64,000 nt of DNA from Octopus vulgaris (lineage: Eukaryota), in contig OX597818.1 of assembly GCA_951406725.2 (NCBI GenBank), positions 12,710,001-12,774,000 on the forward strand, read 5' to 3'. Below the pieces are notes generated by a model. It was given only the letters and a program-made list of their open reading frames with translations. It had not been told where the DNA came from and did not search any database. This document shows positions 24,120-38,083 of the stretch, piece by piece. Each line of letters opens with the position of its first letter. Position 1 is the stretch's first letter. The translations under genes and the position numbers were made by a program.

Positions 24120-24410
24120 TGTTAATGATCATGATGTTCATGATGAGGAATTCGATAACAGGTTGTTTAACGATGTTGATGAGGCTGTTTCTTTTGATGA
24201 CGACGATAGTGGTGGTGGTAGTTATGGTGATGAGGATGATGATAATGATAGTGATGTCGAGGATAGCGATGACGACGACGACGACATTGATGTTAATGAC
24301 GAAGTCCATCAGAATGTGGAGAAGGAGGAGAAGGAAGGAGGATGACGATGAGGCTTGATGATGATTCTAGAGGTGGTGATGATGATGATGATGTTGCTGC
24401 TGATGATGAT
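24120..24410. repeat. Decayed (GAT)n/(GAC)n low-complexity tract
   Basis: Direct read. It produces the acidic ORF 24040-24345. Confidence 0.8.
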
Positions 24411-25887
24411 CATTATAATATTCACAAATATCGGATTCACCAATATTCTGAAGTAGGTGTGCAAACGACCAATCTGCGTCATACACGGGAAAAGGCTTGC
24501 ATGATTGTCGGAAGGTAGCCCGTATTTTCCCCACCCGAATTCAATTTTCACTGCTGAAACAAAGTAATTGATTTTACATGATAATGTACCCCAACTGCTT
24601 ATAACTGTATGATAGCACAAAACACCATTATTCTAGCTGGATAATTTCCGTTCTTAATTGGAAATCATTTGTTTCACTGTTTTGAAAGCAGCTGTCATAT
24701 TTCTAACGAACACCTGTTTTACAATTTAATACAACTGGCATGTTTATTAATTTTAGGCATCAAGGAGATTATGAGGTTTCACTCGTTAATATTTGAAGCA
24801 ATGATATTTGACACTTGAGCAAATATTTTCTATATTGTTATGACCGGCTTTTAAAGATTAAGACACTATTTTTCTATGATTGATAATAATTGTATTCGTC
24901 ATGGCTATCTTTATAAAATTCAGAACGACGAAAAGGGTAATTGCATTAGTTCGTGTGAATGTATTTTAAATGCATTTGACTCATTAAATTTATATTAAAA
25001 CAAAATGTATGAAATTTTATAATATCAAACTCAACAGTCTTGAAAACAATATACTTGATCATGCTTGTTGAAGTTTAAGAGACAGCTGCCAAATAATACT
25101 CACACACACAGAGTCACTCACTCACACACACACACATACACACACACACACATACACACACACACATACTCAACACTCATGTTGTATATGTGTGTGATTC
25201 TTTTCCGTGTGTGCATGAAGATATGTATGTGCATACATTTTACACGACGTACGCAGGACAGGTTGCATGTATGCATATGCTGTATTTGCGTACAAGCAGT
25301 CTGTCGTTCATGTGAAGTAGGCAGCTGTTTAGCTAGGTGTTTTAAGTTATCACACAGCAAACTAGTATCTCATATTAATTCTAGCATTTTAAAATCGTGG
25401 CGCACCTCTTAAATCGATAAGTATTTCAAATACATGAAAGTAATATACATAATTTAAAAACATAATTTCAAAGGGCTGGAATAAAAAAAAAGACTAAGGT
25501 TGCGAACAGAAAACTAGGGATTAGTAAATGTCATGTGAGAATCTAAATTAGTGACGCATTATCTAAAATGTTTGCAGATTAAATTCCATCGCAACAACGT
25601 TCATCACATACACGCACAGATACACACACGTGTGAACATATAAATACAAAAGATATGAATATATCTAGATTATTATCTACTTGTTTATTGTGTATATGCA
25701 TATATATATGTATGTACGTATGTATGCGTATATGCATATCTATATCTATATCTATCTATCTATCTACCTATCTATCTATCTATCTATCTACCTATCTATC
25801 TATCTATCTATCTCTATATATATACCTATTTTATCACATATATGTTATATATAAATATATATATATACATACAATAATACATATGTA

Positions 25888-25939
<52 letters not shown>

Positions 25940-26947
25940 ACGCGTGCACACACACATACACATGCATATATGCACACATAAACACACGTATATGATTTGC
26001 GTACATGGTCTGCCTGTGATAGTGAATTTGCCTTTAAAAAGAAGAGATCCCTTCTCGGTTAGATAATGAAGAATCTGCATATCTAATTTTTAATTTAAAT
26101 TTTTAAACCTTATCCTTTGTTCACAGGACAAAAATGTTTCTAAGTTTTCTTTTTGCCCCTGGGAGCTTCCTATATTCCTGTTTCATCTTTCTTTAGAATT
26201 ATTATCGTTGCATATCTTTAGACATAAACAAATTAAGCTAAATTCAACATTCCTACCGCGAGAGATAAGACATAATATAGTCACAAGGACATATTTCATC
26301 TCTTTATTTCTTCATCTTAAATCGTTAACTGTTTAGGAAGAGAGATATTTCTTAAATTGAAATATAATATTTCCTGGGGATTCCTGTCTTTCAAAAAGTT
26401 CTTTACGTAGACACAGTTAAAGGTTTTGCCATGAACATATCTCCCAGCCCGATTTGTTTTATTCTAGCCACCGTAGTGAGTTAGAATTTACATTCTTCAT
26501 ATTAATCTCGAAGCGGCTCTTGACACCATTTTTAGTGGATAATCTTGGGATTTGAAACACGTGGTTTGCTTTTGAGGATGAATTTGCAAATAAAAGGCTG
26601 AAATCTCTTTCGGATAGACACAACTGAAGAGACTGCGTATTTTGGTTTTCAATTGAAACAATATAGTTCTATTTTTCTTACACAAAATATCAAAAACTTC
26701 ATATCGATTATTTCTTTGTCATTGGTAGAGGCGGATAGTATTATTTCAACATTCGACTGTACGGCACAAATCGAGGAGCACAGTAATTAAGCTAGATTCA
26801 ACATTCTACTACGTTGAATCTACAGAAGCAAAGAAGAAAGAATATAGTTTATGGTTAAAATACCTACTTTATCCTTATCCCTTCAACATTAATTGCATTC
26901 CACACACACATTCACACAAGTATGTATGCATATATATATATACATAT

Positions 26948-27006
<59 letters not shown>

Positions 27007-27332
27007 TATGTATGAACATCTATCTATATAGCGTTTTATATATCTGCGTCTCTCTATATTTATGCATATATATACATTATACACATGCATAAATATACAC
27101 AAACGTGTATATTTCAGTAATGCAAATTATAATTATTATTTTACTAAATGAAAAAAGAGTTTAAAACATCTGATCCAGGAATAAATTGTAACAATAGTCT
27201 GCTAATGAGCTGTTTCGTGAAAACCTAACACTGCTCCATTATTCCACCCTGCTTGCAAACAAACGTTAGGTGGTTCTTTCTACACATTGCTCCGTCTCTC
27301 TTTTCTTCCCTCCCTCCAGCCATCCATATATA

Positions 27333-28045
27333 CAAGGGTCACACAGAAGAAACCGGAATTTTGAAATATAATTTAATTCATTTATTTTTACATGTTTACC
27401 ATTTTATCGCTTTCAAAGCATTCTCCATTTGAAGAATGCATTAGTCCAGGGGCATTTTCCACAGTTGGAAGCAATGCTGGGACACTTGCGTAGTGAGGCC
27501 TTTTAATGCCTTCGTCGTTTCTTTCCTGCACTACTTCCACATCTGCAAATTCCGTAGGACGAGCTTCCGTCACCAGTGATGACCTACGAATATAGGTCCG
27601 GATTAACTTCCAACTGTTCTTTCAGTTCACAACACTTATTCAGTTGGGATTGCTTTTCATCATCTGTGAGCAAGCGAGGTATAAATTTTACTGCAACTCT
27701 TTCCATTCGCAATTACTCGCTCAGACGTCGTTGGCAAAGGCACCAGTCATATCAACAAAGTCGTCAGCTGTTCGGTGACGTTCCTCCAAGATCAGTTCGT
27801 GAATTTTCATAAAGTTTTCATACGTTCGGGAGCTCGACAGTCACCCTGAACGGTGTTGGTCCTAAAGCGTCAACTGACTACTCGAAAAGCCCCCTTGTAA
27901 GCTGTTTGAAGCGTCATAACTGTTTCGGTCGCCGTTTTCCCCAGCAGATAACTGAGTTTATCAGAAGCACGCTGTGCCTTCGTTTCAGCCATCACAAAAA
28001 TCGACGAATACGAGAGAAGCACTGCAGAACAAAGGCGCATCACGT
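27333..28045 (-). mobile_element. Mariner transposon relic with internal deletions
   Basis: Minus strand: ATG at 27992, MAETKAQRA...LLGKTATETV..LQTAYK (HTH), RVAVKFIPRLLTDDEK (WVPHEL-equivalent), C-terminal FADVEVVQ...SNGECFESD. TA then TIR CAAGGGTC at 27331-27340. The DDD catalytic region is absent. Confidence 0.8.
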
Positions 28046-28047
28046 GG

Positions 28048-28112
28048 TATTTGTAGCGTTGAAAGCCTGAACTACCACGGGTTTATCCCACAGGGCATTT
28101 CTAGTCACCGCC
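28048..28112 (+). mobile_element. Terminal fragment of the PLE-type repeat at 29320-29389, in opposite orientation
   Basis: CCTGAACTACCACGGGTTTATCCCACAG is the reverse complement of CTGTGGGATAAACCCGTGGTAGTTCAGG. It ends at TA repeats. Confidence 0.75.
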
Positions 28113-28174
28113 TATATGTATATATGTATATATATGTATTTATGTACATATATATATATACACATACACAAAAT

Positions 28175-28519
28175 CAATTGCAGCGTTGAAGGTGTTTATC
28201 AGCCATTTAAGGAACACACAAAAACCGTTAGATTCACTTCAACATTTAAATTTAATTTGCCAAAATATTTTCGTCGCTTTGAGACCGCGACCTGTTCACT
28301 GACAAAATTCCGTTCTGCATCTCGCAATTTTGTCAGTGAAGAGGTCGCGATCACAAAGCGACGAAAATATTTTGACAAATTAAATTTAAATGTTGAAGTA
28401 AATCTAACGGTTTTTGTGTGTTTCTTAAATGGCTTATAAACACCTTCCTCGCTGCAATTGTTTTCGTTCCATCATACGATCTCACATCAGGTCACTTACT
28501 ATGCAAGTACATCTCCGTA

Positions 28520-28520
<1 letters not shown>
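28175..28520 (+). mobile_element. Fold-back element with 135-bp inverted arms and a 60-bp tail, probably a PLE terminal repeat
   Basis: Arms 28175-28309 and 28326-28460 with a 16-nt spacer. Tail 28461-28520 ends at (TA)n. Homologous to 42563-42777. Confidence 0.85.
28255..28307 (-). ncRNA. Hammerhead-like motif with G3/C8 core
   Basis: Minus strand: TTTGTCA-GTGAACA-G-GTCGC(GGTCTCAAA)GCGAC-GAA-AATATT-T-TGGCAAA. Stem I 7 bp, stem II 5 bp, palindromic stem III. Confidence 0.5.
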
Positions 28521-28578
<58 letters not shown>

Positions 28579-28587
28579 ATATATAAT

Positions 28588-28793
28588 CTCTTTTACTCTT
28601 TTACTTGTTTCAGTCATGTGACTGTGGCCATGCTGGAGCACCGTATTTAGTCGATCGAATCGACCGCAGGACTTATTCTTTGTAAGCCTAGTACTTATTT
28701 TATCGGTCTCTTTTTTGCCGAACCGCTAAGTTACGGGGACGTAAACCCACCAGCAAACACAGACCAGCAAACACGCACATACATATATATATG

Positions 28794-28829
<36 letters not shown>

Positions 28830-28992
28830 CGACGGGCTTCTTTCAGTTTCCGTCTACCAAATCCACTGAGAAGGCTTTGGTCGGCCCGAGGCTATAGTAG
28901 AAGACACTTACCCAAGGTGCCACGCAGTGGGACTGGACCTGAAACCATGTGGTTCGAAAGCAAGTTACTTACCACACAGCCTCTCCTACGCC
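28588..28992 (-). mobile_element. tRNA-derived SINE family A (CORE-like), near complete
   Basis: Sense head GGCGTAGGAGAGGCTGTGTGGTAAG...GTTCAGGTCCAGTCCCACTGCGTGGCACCTTGGGTAAGTG, internal (TA)n, tail (AGTAAAAG)n. Confidence 0.85.
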
Positions 28993-29039
28993 TATAATAT
29001 ATATATATTATATGTATATATATAAATATTCTTTTAATT

Positions 29040-29190
29040 ATTTCAGTCAATTGAGTGAGGCCATGCTGGAGCACCGCATCTAATGCTTATCTATCGTTCT
29101 CTTTTGCCGCACCACTCATTTACGGGGACGGAAACACGTGAGTTGACAAACGATGGTTGAGAGACAAACATGGACACACAAAGACACACA
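29040..29190 (-). mobile_element. SINE family A 3' fragment
   Basis: TTTCAGTCA...GGCCATGCTGGAGCACCG...TTACGGGGACG. Confidence 0.7.
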
Positions 29191-29240
29191 CACACACTCC
29201 CACACGCACACACACACACATACACATACACACACACACG

Positions 29241-29319
<79 letters not shown>

Positions 29320-29321
<2 letters not shown>

Positions 29322-30618
29322 TGGTTGCCTAGAAATTTTCTGTGGGATAAACCCGTGGTAGTTCAGGATTTCAACGTTACAAAAGCTACTTGATACGATC
29401 CTCAAGCATCCTTCTGGATGAAGACATTTTAGCAGAATGTGATGACTGCGCATATGATAAAGGGAACGGTAGCAAGTTTTTTTAAAAAACCGTTGATAGA
29501 TATAACATCAAATGCAGTTTATATAAAGAGGAGGAGAAAGAAAGAAATTAGCCGAAAGCTAATAGTGGAGAGATATACCGCGATAAGTGAAAAGAAATAA
29601 ATAAAACCCTTTTTTCTTTATAAGGTACATCGAGGACGTTTAAAGATAATTACTCTAATAACAAGGTATGTCCTAGCGAAACTGTTTTGTAGAAAATTTC
29701 CTTATGATAAACAGATCAAATCCAACCTCCCATACCACTATCGTAAAGCTCTAGAAAGGAATTTCTCCAAAAAATTAATTCACACCGAATCAGGATAGAG
29801 TTTTTTAACACAAAAATCTTTCATAAATCATCTATTCGCATAATAATAAGTTGTTAAATACAAATCCATTTATGAAAATAGTAACATTAATATTGTTAAC
29901 ACTAACCATTCTTTAAATAATAATGACAGTGATGTTAGGATTTCTGATGCGGATTCCAATCGCATTCGTTTCCTCAACAGTAATTCTAAGACTAGAAACT
30001 CTATTTATGAATTTAATTTTATCCCTGGTTCTGGTGTCTTTTGTTATATAGGTAATTCTTCACCTCAGTTGTTAAAATCATTACTCTACCTTTAGACATA
30101 TCACAAAACGTAACAATACAGGGTTTAGTAAATTAATTTGGTATCTAAATTATCATAATAAACAATTTCATTTGGAATGGAATATTCTACTTAAATTATT
30201 TCTGTTTCATAAAAGCAAATCTTTCTATCCGCTTTGCAACAATGAAATGTATTTCATCCTGTTCTCAGAGAATCCTCTTGTGAACACGTTTGAAGAACGC
30301 GTTTATCGTTGAAAGCACTGGCAAAAACATACCTTTAGTTCCTATAAGTGATTTCTACCATTCTATAAAATTCGACATTTAACTGTCTACTTACATTTCA
30401 CTTCCACTAAATATATCTACTTCCGAGACTTTAAGATCTATTCCTATTCACCTATCGCTCTATATCTCTCCACTATTAGTTTTCTGCTAATTTCTTTCTT
30501 TCTCCTCCTCATTCTATAAACTGCCTTTCGACGCTATATCTATTAACGGTTTAAAAAAATAACTTGCTAGCGTCTCCTTCATCATATATGCAGTCATCAC
30601 ATTCTGCTAAAATATCTT
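29320..30618 (+). mobile_element. Penelope-like relic with inverted terminal repeats
   Basis: ~180-bp inverted arms 29421-29599 and 30439-30618. The interior (29700-29860) resembles a degenerate PLE SNHPP..I/IF..K..YNN region. Confidence 0.65.
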
Positions 30619-30755
30619 ATTGATATGCTTTTTTTTTATTTCCCTGATGAGAAGATTGCATTGTTTTACACCATTTATTTGCCTTCTGGAAAAATACTGT
30701 TTTCTTCGAAATATATGTCGGAAGTGAAAATATCTGAATAACACCTGCATTTAAC

Positions 30756-30794
<39 letters not shown>

Positions 30795-33060
30795 GGATAT
30801 ATTATGTGTGTGCATACACACACAGACGCACATATATATATATAATATCCTTTAGACATATATACATATAGGCATATGTAGATACTCACGCATTACCGTA
30901 TAGGTGCACGCTCCAGTATACAGTATATATAGTAGGCATTTTATTACATGAATTAGGTGTTCAGATACACAGGTGAAGTTATATTTTACTGTAGTGTTGT
31001 CGTATTTAAAACGGATACCTCAGTTAGAATAAAATAACCCACATTTCCGTGTTCCGTGTTTTAACTATTGGCTTAGTTGTTTCGGTTGAGTGAAGTTCGG
31101 CCTGAGTTAGTATTTTTCTCCTATTTTCATGATGGTGTGTGTTCGGAGAATTTTGCCCATCCTGAGGCCCCTTTTTAGTTAAGATATGTTATGGATTATT
31201 GTGTTGTAGGCTTCACTTTTTGTGGGACTGTTGGTATAGATGCATGAAAGGACCTTCAATTTCGATTCATTTCTTAGTCTTAGTTGTCTAAGTTCCTGGA
31301 TACTGAATTTCAGATTGAATATTGACTATAGAGGATTGTGTTATGCTATCTCGAATCTAATTGTCCAATGTGATTATGTTTTAGCAATTCCCACTTGAAA
31401 TCAATTCTCATTACTAACTCTGAACTGAGAAATGCAAGAAAGTTACATCATTACTGTTTTCCTCTTTAAAATATTGCTATTTTCCCAAATTAGAAAAAGT
31501 ATAATATAGCTATCTGATTTTAGATTATTGGCCCTGCCATTTCCTCTACCTTTGCATTTAATCATTTTTTTGTAGATGTATTGATAGCGTGGCATTTCAA
31601 AATGCTTCACTCTCCATTCCGTGTAATTCTACCTCTTTCTAGTGCTTATGTTTTCTTCCTCATTTCCTTTACCCTCATTCACTCTCTGTTTCTCTCTGCT
31701 TCTCTATCTCTTTCTCTCTTTCTCTCTGACTCTCCTTCTGTCCCATTATATTTGTCTATATGTATGCCTAGATCGTTTTGTTATATTTCTCCAGTCAGAT
31801 AAAGATTATAAATTTGATATTTCACATAACTCTCATAAGAATATTATAACAAACATTTTTTGAAACCTGAAATGGATATTGTGGAGTAAGTTTTATTATG
31901 TTATTTTTTCTAAATTTATTTGATTGAAAGGTAAAAAAGTACCCTGACAACACACAGAGAGAAAATTCTAGTTGTTACTGAAAAATATGATAAGTATATG
32001 GATTCTCCAACTGTTATACCATCGAATCGTTGTTTAGACAGATATATAAGCGATAGCACTCATGACGGCACAAAAGAATACGAAGGAAAAATTCTTTTTC
32101 CAATGTCATTTTCAAAAAATGTTTTTTGAATGATGGGTTACAATGCTTCGCAAGACTGAAAAGGAAAATGCTACGAAAAGGAAGTGGATAAAATATGCGG
32201 AACGGAAGAAATGTAGAGTATTTCTTGTACAGTTGGAATGTATTGAGTTTTTAACGGGATCCGCAATATCCTAACTCGTTGGCATTGGATATGCGAAGAA
32301 CAAGAATACTATACGGAATGATCATGAAAGAATAACACATTTTGTTACATGTGTGTAAAAGTTGTTAGAGTGAAAGACCACGAACAACCCTGATGCAATT
32401 GGTTAAAAACGTAATCAATTGATTATTGGGAACCGTGGAAATTCCATACAACGAAAAAGATTTAGAGAAGTTATTTAAGATAAAATTTGCATTTATATTT
32501 TTATTTTTCAAAGTTATTTCAATTCCGGTCGCAATAATACATTATATGATGTAAAAATTTCCCTCTGCTAAGCACTTGATATTTCTCTTATTTTCTACCT
32601 ATTCAACAAACCTTTTAACCATCTAATTCCTCTTTTCATGTCTGTAACATTTCTCTCTTTCTTTTCACCTCTCACTTTCACAAACAACATGAGTGATAGC
32701 AGAAAGCATCGGCTGGCTATCTGCTCTCACACTCACTCTCACATTTCTTATTTCTCTCTCTCTCCATCTCCTCCTCTCTAAAAAACTAAAGCATAAATTG
32801 TGAATGAACATGTAGAAGAATAATACAGATTTAGTTCAATGAAAAATTCTTTTTCACAATCAACACAATGCTGCCGCCACCACCACAACCACCACCAACA
32901 ACAACAGCACCGCCACCACCACCACCACCACCACCACCACCACCACCCCTACAGTTTTCAGTAACAGAGATCATTTCATTTCATTGCTGTCGATGTGTCT
33001 TTTCTTTGACAATACAAATGTTATCTGCCTCTCTTTCTGCTTCTCTCTCCCTTTTCCTCT

Positions 33061-33097
<37 letters not shown>

Positions 33098-34379
33098 GTC
33101 ATAATGTATCTGCTTCCCTTCTCCCGCTCTCTTTACCTGGCTGTCTTTGACCTCTTCACCAGAACATCGCCTTCTGCTAAATATTGCATCCTAAACATAT
33201 TCTCTTCTTTTTAACTTTCCCTCCCCATCCTACAGCAGATCGCTAACACTTCTCTCGCCCCTTTTCACAATGTCTTGTTTCTTTCTTTGCCTCTCTCTTC
33301 ACGTAGCGCATTTGGCCTAATTATACATCATTTTCTACTCCTTTCTGACTTCTGTACACTCCTCACTCCTGTCTCTCACTTTTACTTCACCTCTCACTTA
33401 CTCTATCACCGCCTCTCTTACTAACTAAAATATAACGGGTGAAGTAACAATAAGATTTATATATATATGGTTGTAGCGGCATTAGTGGGAGGAAATGTAA
33501 AGTACTACTTAGAAATATGTATAATACTACTTCGAACAAAGTGCTAGGATTTGTTCTAGTTTCATGAATGTTATTTGCTACATGAAGCTAACAAAACAAA
33601 TGTCTCGAAGAATAGGAAGTATGTAAAATATAAAAATATATAAAATAATCAGTTTACACGGTAACATTTACACATAAACACAAAAACGTATAAAGTCCCA
33701 GCAGTGTATCAGAGTGGGCGACATTTGATTACTAGAGGAAATAAAAGGATAAAATAGTATATTCGTATAGGTAATATATGCTTATGCTAATAAAAGCATG
33801 AGCGCCCAAACACAAGATCTTTGGCGAGAAACGACTTCATGTATAAATGTGCCTGATGTGATCCAGACTGCAAGACTGATGCAACGCAATGTGATGCACA
33901 GGATCTCACCCATTAAGGACAGTCACAAGATGGCGCGAAATGATCGCGTACAAAATAAAAAATTATGCCACTTCTATTTTCTGTTTATTTAGTCAATTAT
34001 TTGCTCAACTAAAAATGCGGAGTTCCTGAAGTAGATCCAAAGGAAATTTAACCCAAATGCGCATGACACCGTGTAGCCCAAACTGCAGTAGTGCTTTACT
34101 CAACACATCAGCACATTAACTGACATATATTCATTAGTCCAAAATATTACACAAAGAGATATACACTCATACACACACATTTAGTAAAAGAGAATTTCGG
34201 TGTCAGTAAAGATTTTAATTCATGTTCGCATGTCCAACACTGTACAAATTTTATCTCACCACTTTAACTTATGAATTTACGTACATTTAGCACACTCAAG
34301 AAGTGTACCGACTCAAAAAATGGGCAATTACCTCCCTTGTCCTAATTAGTAACATTCATCAATTATTTCCTATTAGAAT

Positions 34380-34720
34380 TTTTTTCCAGACGCTGATTCA
34401 TTTACACACTCTCATACAAGAACATGTACTCAAAACCTCTTAAGAACCTACGAAGTTGCAATAATTTCAATATCATGAATGCCGAAACGCGAAACCAGTG
34501 GACTATTACAATACTCTACCATTTAAAACATTAAAACTATGTAAACTGCGTACATTTTCTTTTTATTGCATATATAGGTGGTCCGTCAGAGTCGCTGGCG
34601 GGAGAAATAATACACGCGAGACCCATATCAAGTTTCTGACAGCCATAATCAACAAGTACATTATTAACCCCAGAATGTTTGAGAAATTGCATTGTCTCGG
34701 ACATTTGAACACCTGAACAA
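34380..34720 (+). mobile_element. Possible degenerate PLE GIY-YIG C-terminal fragment
   Basis: HSFT-like segment, then LCKL...FY and INPR...CLGH, reminiscent of CxLCxxEK / LNxRxE..CxH. It is followed by a fold-back. Confidence 0.3.
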
Positions 34721-34769
34721 CTATATAGGCTTACAAGCCTGCCTCTACCATTCATACTTTTCATCCTAC

Positions 34770-35205
34770 TCATCATGTCCATAATACATTCTTCTACGCT
34801 TCTATTATTGATGAAATATATCTAGGTATGTACTCAAATGCTACGCTTGATTATTTGTTTATTTGCTTACTTTTTGTAAAATTTATATTAATTAATATTA
34901 ATATAATTATTTATGTAAATATATTAGTTGATAGCCTGTGTTTTTACATATTTGTCTATATAATTTGTAGTATAGTATTTTATTTATAGTATAGAAGTGC
35001 GATATGATACCTAGGAATTGCGCTTCTATTTTATGTATTAAGTAGACAAATATATGTAAGAACACAAATTATCAAGTTATATATCTAAATAAATAATTAT
35101 ATTAATAGTACCTAATATAAATTGTACAAAATATAAGCCTGTATAGTTTATACGTTAAAGAAAACGGGTGGAATAAGGAAGTGAACAATGTATTATGGGC
35201 ATACT
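34770..35205. repeat. Long imperfect inverted repeat centred near 35010
   Basis: 34866-34958 pairs with 35043-35137, CCATAATACATT pairs with AATGTATTATGG, and there is an inner hairpin ATAGAAGTGCGAT/ATTGCGCTTCTAT. Confidence 0.75.
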
Positions 35206-36604
35206 GAATAGGTTGTGTAACAGCTGGTCGGCACTACCAAAAGGGTGGATAGGAACATGGCCTAGTTATTCTGAACTATGCGTTTCCCTTGTCCAATAAG
35301 GTGAAAATCAACCTCTGTCTATTTTTAGAACACAATCCAAGTCGCAAAGCTACAACTCATTTAGAATAATCTCTTTATCCTTTAGGACGTGAAAAACATC
35401 GATCAATTTGCTCTGAGGTAGTTTTTTTTTTTTTAACTTCATAAACACATTAAATGTGTAACTATGGAAAGGAGCAATCAACCGAAATCTCGCGTAGGCA
35501 ATATGATTTGACTATGATAATAAATAAATTGATTATCCTCTGTATGTATTCTCCATTTTTTCACACACTCACGCACACACACACGCACGCACATACACAT
35601 ATTTAGGACTCTTGGATCAAACAGGTTCGTTTTTTATATGTAAGAAATCCGTTATATTTTCTACCTCACTGACTTTTGCTTGATTGTATTAAGTAGCTGA
35701 ACGTGTACCATAACACAAGCAATTAGCTTTGCCAATCGTATGCAGAAACGGAATTAGAATATTTGTTTTCCATTTTAATAATTGTAATCACAAGCATGAA
35801 ACAATTCCTGTGTTCACGTACTTCGTAGTGAATTCTTGAGAGTTATTCGAATATGAACATCAATCAAGACTAAACAGAACCTTTCCACTATGTGGAAATA
35901 GTTTTAGTAATTTTTCATTGATGAAATGAATATTAATATCTTTTGATGTTAAAATGCACATTGTATGAAAGTTTTGTTTGCTTTCAATGAGATTTCTCCT
36001 AGAAACAATTGAACTCATGAACAATGTTACATGTCAAAGGTATAATAATTTCTTTATTAAGTTCTTCTAATTCATGCACAGATTACGAATCTGTTAAACT
36101 GTGCATAGTCTGTGCATAGGTTTTTTAGCCACGTTATTTTTTGGTGGGGTTCCATAAAGATGAATTATTGAATTTAAAGTCCACAATGTGCGAAAATAAC
36201 ATTTTCGAATTTTCTTTTATAAAAAAAATATTTTAGTCACATATTCATATGACTAAAATAAATTTACTATTTACTATTTATTTCTAGTTTATAACAATAT
36301 TCTATTTCTTCTTTCTCTCATATTTTGTATTAAGGAATATAAACTGATACAATGACATGTTTGAATATCATCAAGTGATGAAAATTTAAAAGAATTTACA
36401 ATATATACATTTCTATAGAAACGAAATGTGTTTTAGCGTATATGTAGAGTTGTGTTTGTCTGTGACGCGTAAGGTGTTCCTAGGAAGACATTTGGAACAT
36501 ATTACTGAAGTGGGTAACCTTTAGAAGGTTTAAATATCGTTCTATTCTTGCATGAAAATCTGAACTTATAGGTTCGATTTAAAAAAAAGTACTGTTAGTA
36601 CTGT

Positions 36605-36760
36605 TAAAATGCCTGTTAAGAATGGAGTAAAGCATGGTTACTTGTTTGCTCCCAAATCTTGGTTTTTATTTTCAGTATAGTATGAAAATTGATTTGCAGA
36701 TAAACAACACTCACTTTTACACCAACTTACAGCTTGAAGACTGGTGCTTGCTATAAACAG
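36605..36760 (+). mobile_element. Possible RTE-type LINE RT fragment
   Basis: VKNGVKHGYLFAP resembles GVKQGCVLAP, with FAD downstream. Confidence 0.3.
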
Positions 36761-37992
36761 ATTTTCACTTACAGATTGGCATTTTCTATGTTGTATGTGA
36801 CAATTGTAGATTGCCAAATATTAAAAAAAAAAACGAATTGTGATGTATCAGCCGAGTACCTGGAATATAATAGTACCCATCTACCACATATATGAAGAGA
36901 ATACATATTTATATACATATTTATATAAAATTTAACAGACATCCTTTGTATGTTGAACATTTACACCAGCAGCGCTTTCGACACATTGTGAGGATCTATT
37001 CCAACTAATTTGTACCATATAATGAAATGTTGATGTGAGTTACATTTGTCAAGCGTAGCAGCGACACTAATGAAACGACTGCTTAATGATCACGTCCTCT
37101 AGTACTCCAGGTACAACATGGCGCAGAACTTCTGAAAACTGTAAGATCAATTGTACAAAAGGGTTCAAGGCAGTCTTTCAGATGCAAGATATGTGATTAT
37201 CAGTGTTTGTCAAAAGCAAATTTAATTAGTTATGAATGGCGCAATGATATGTTTCATGTTGCTTTCCAATAAATTCTCGGGTAGATTTTGCGAGTGGTTT
37301 GTGTAGAAAAAAGGCGTTTTTCGACAAGTGTGCTAAATTATGCTTTGAAAACATATGAAACAGGCAATATTTCAATACTATTTCTACCACCCAAATTAAA
37401 TATAATCGACACTGAAGCAGCTTTTAGAACGTAAAAATCATACGAAATCGGAATTAATTAAAGAAAACTATTCTAACAGCATTTCTTTTAGAATACAACC
37501 GATCTAAACAGGTATAATTATTAGCAACAAATACAGCATCAACAGCAGGTAAAAAAAGCATGAGTGATTGCATTGATAACCCTAGTAACAACAAGAATAG
37601 TAGTCTTAATACCAACAGCATCAACTCATCAGTTACCAGAAACTAAAACCTAAAAACATAATTAATACAAACGGAGATTTGCTTAAGTAGTGGAAGACAA
37701 CGCTAGCTTCAATCGGAGAGAAAGTGCGTGCTTAGCTAAGTTAGATCTAATCGTGTTACTCTGAAAAGATAGAAAAATATTGAAGAACCATCACCTATAA
37801 ATGCATTATCAGTAGCAACACTACAGTTGATAACTCAGCTCCAGTACAATAAGGAAAAATGACTGAAAGATGTATATGGATCAATAAGGCCAAGCAAGAA
37901 GATGAATGCAGTGTAGGATAGCAGTAATCCACTGCCCGAAGGAAGAAGAGACCATAAATCATATTCACAAATGCCTGCTTCTCTAGTATTTA

Positions 37993-38083
<91 letters not shown>

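Noticed and set aside
24040-24345. 101-aa acidic ORF
   Set aside because: Decayed (GAT)n repeats leave several frames open. No domain or convincing splice signals.
30288-30322. Hammerhead-like TTGAAGA...CGTTGAAAGCAC
   Set aside because: Stem II register and stems I/III do not fit. Too degenerate to call.
32868-33104. Poly-proline ORF
   Set aside because: (CCA)n and (CT)n microsatellites.
36229-36260. 11-bp hairpin TATTTTAGTCA/TGACTAAAATA
   Set aside because: AT-rich and isolated, plausible by chance. Not a terminator in this eukaryotic context.
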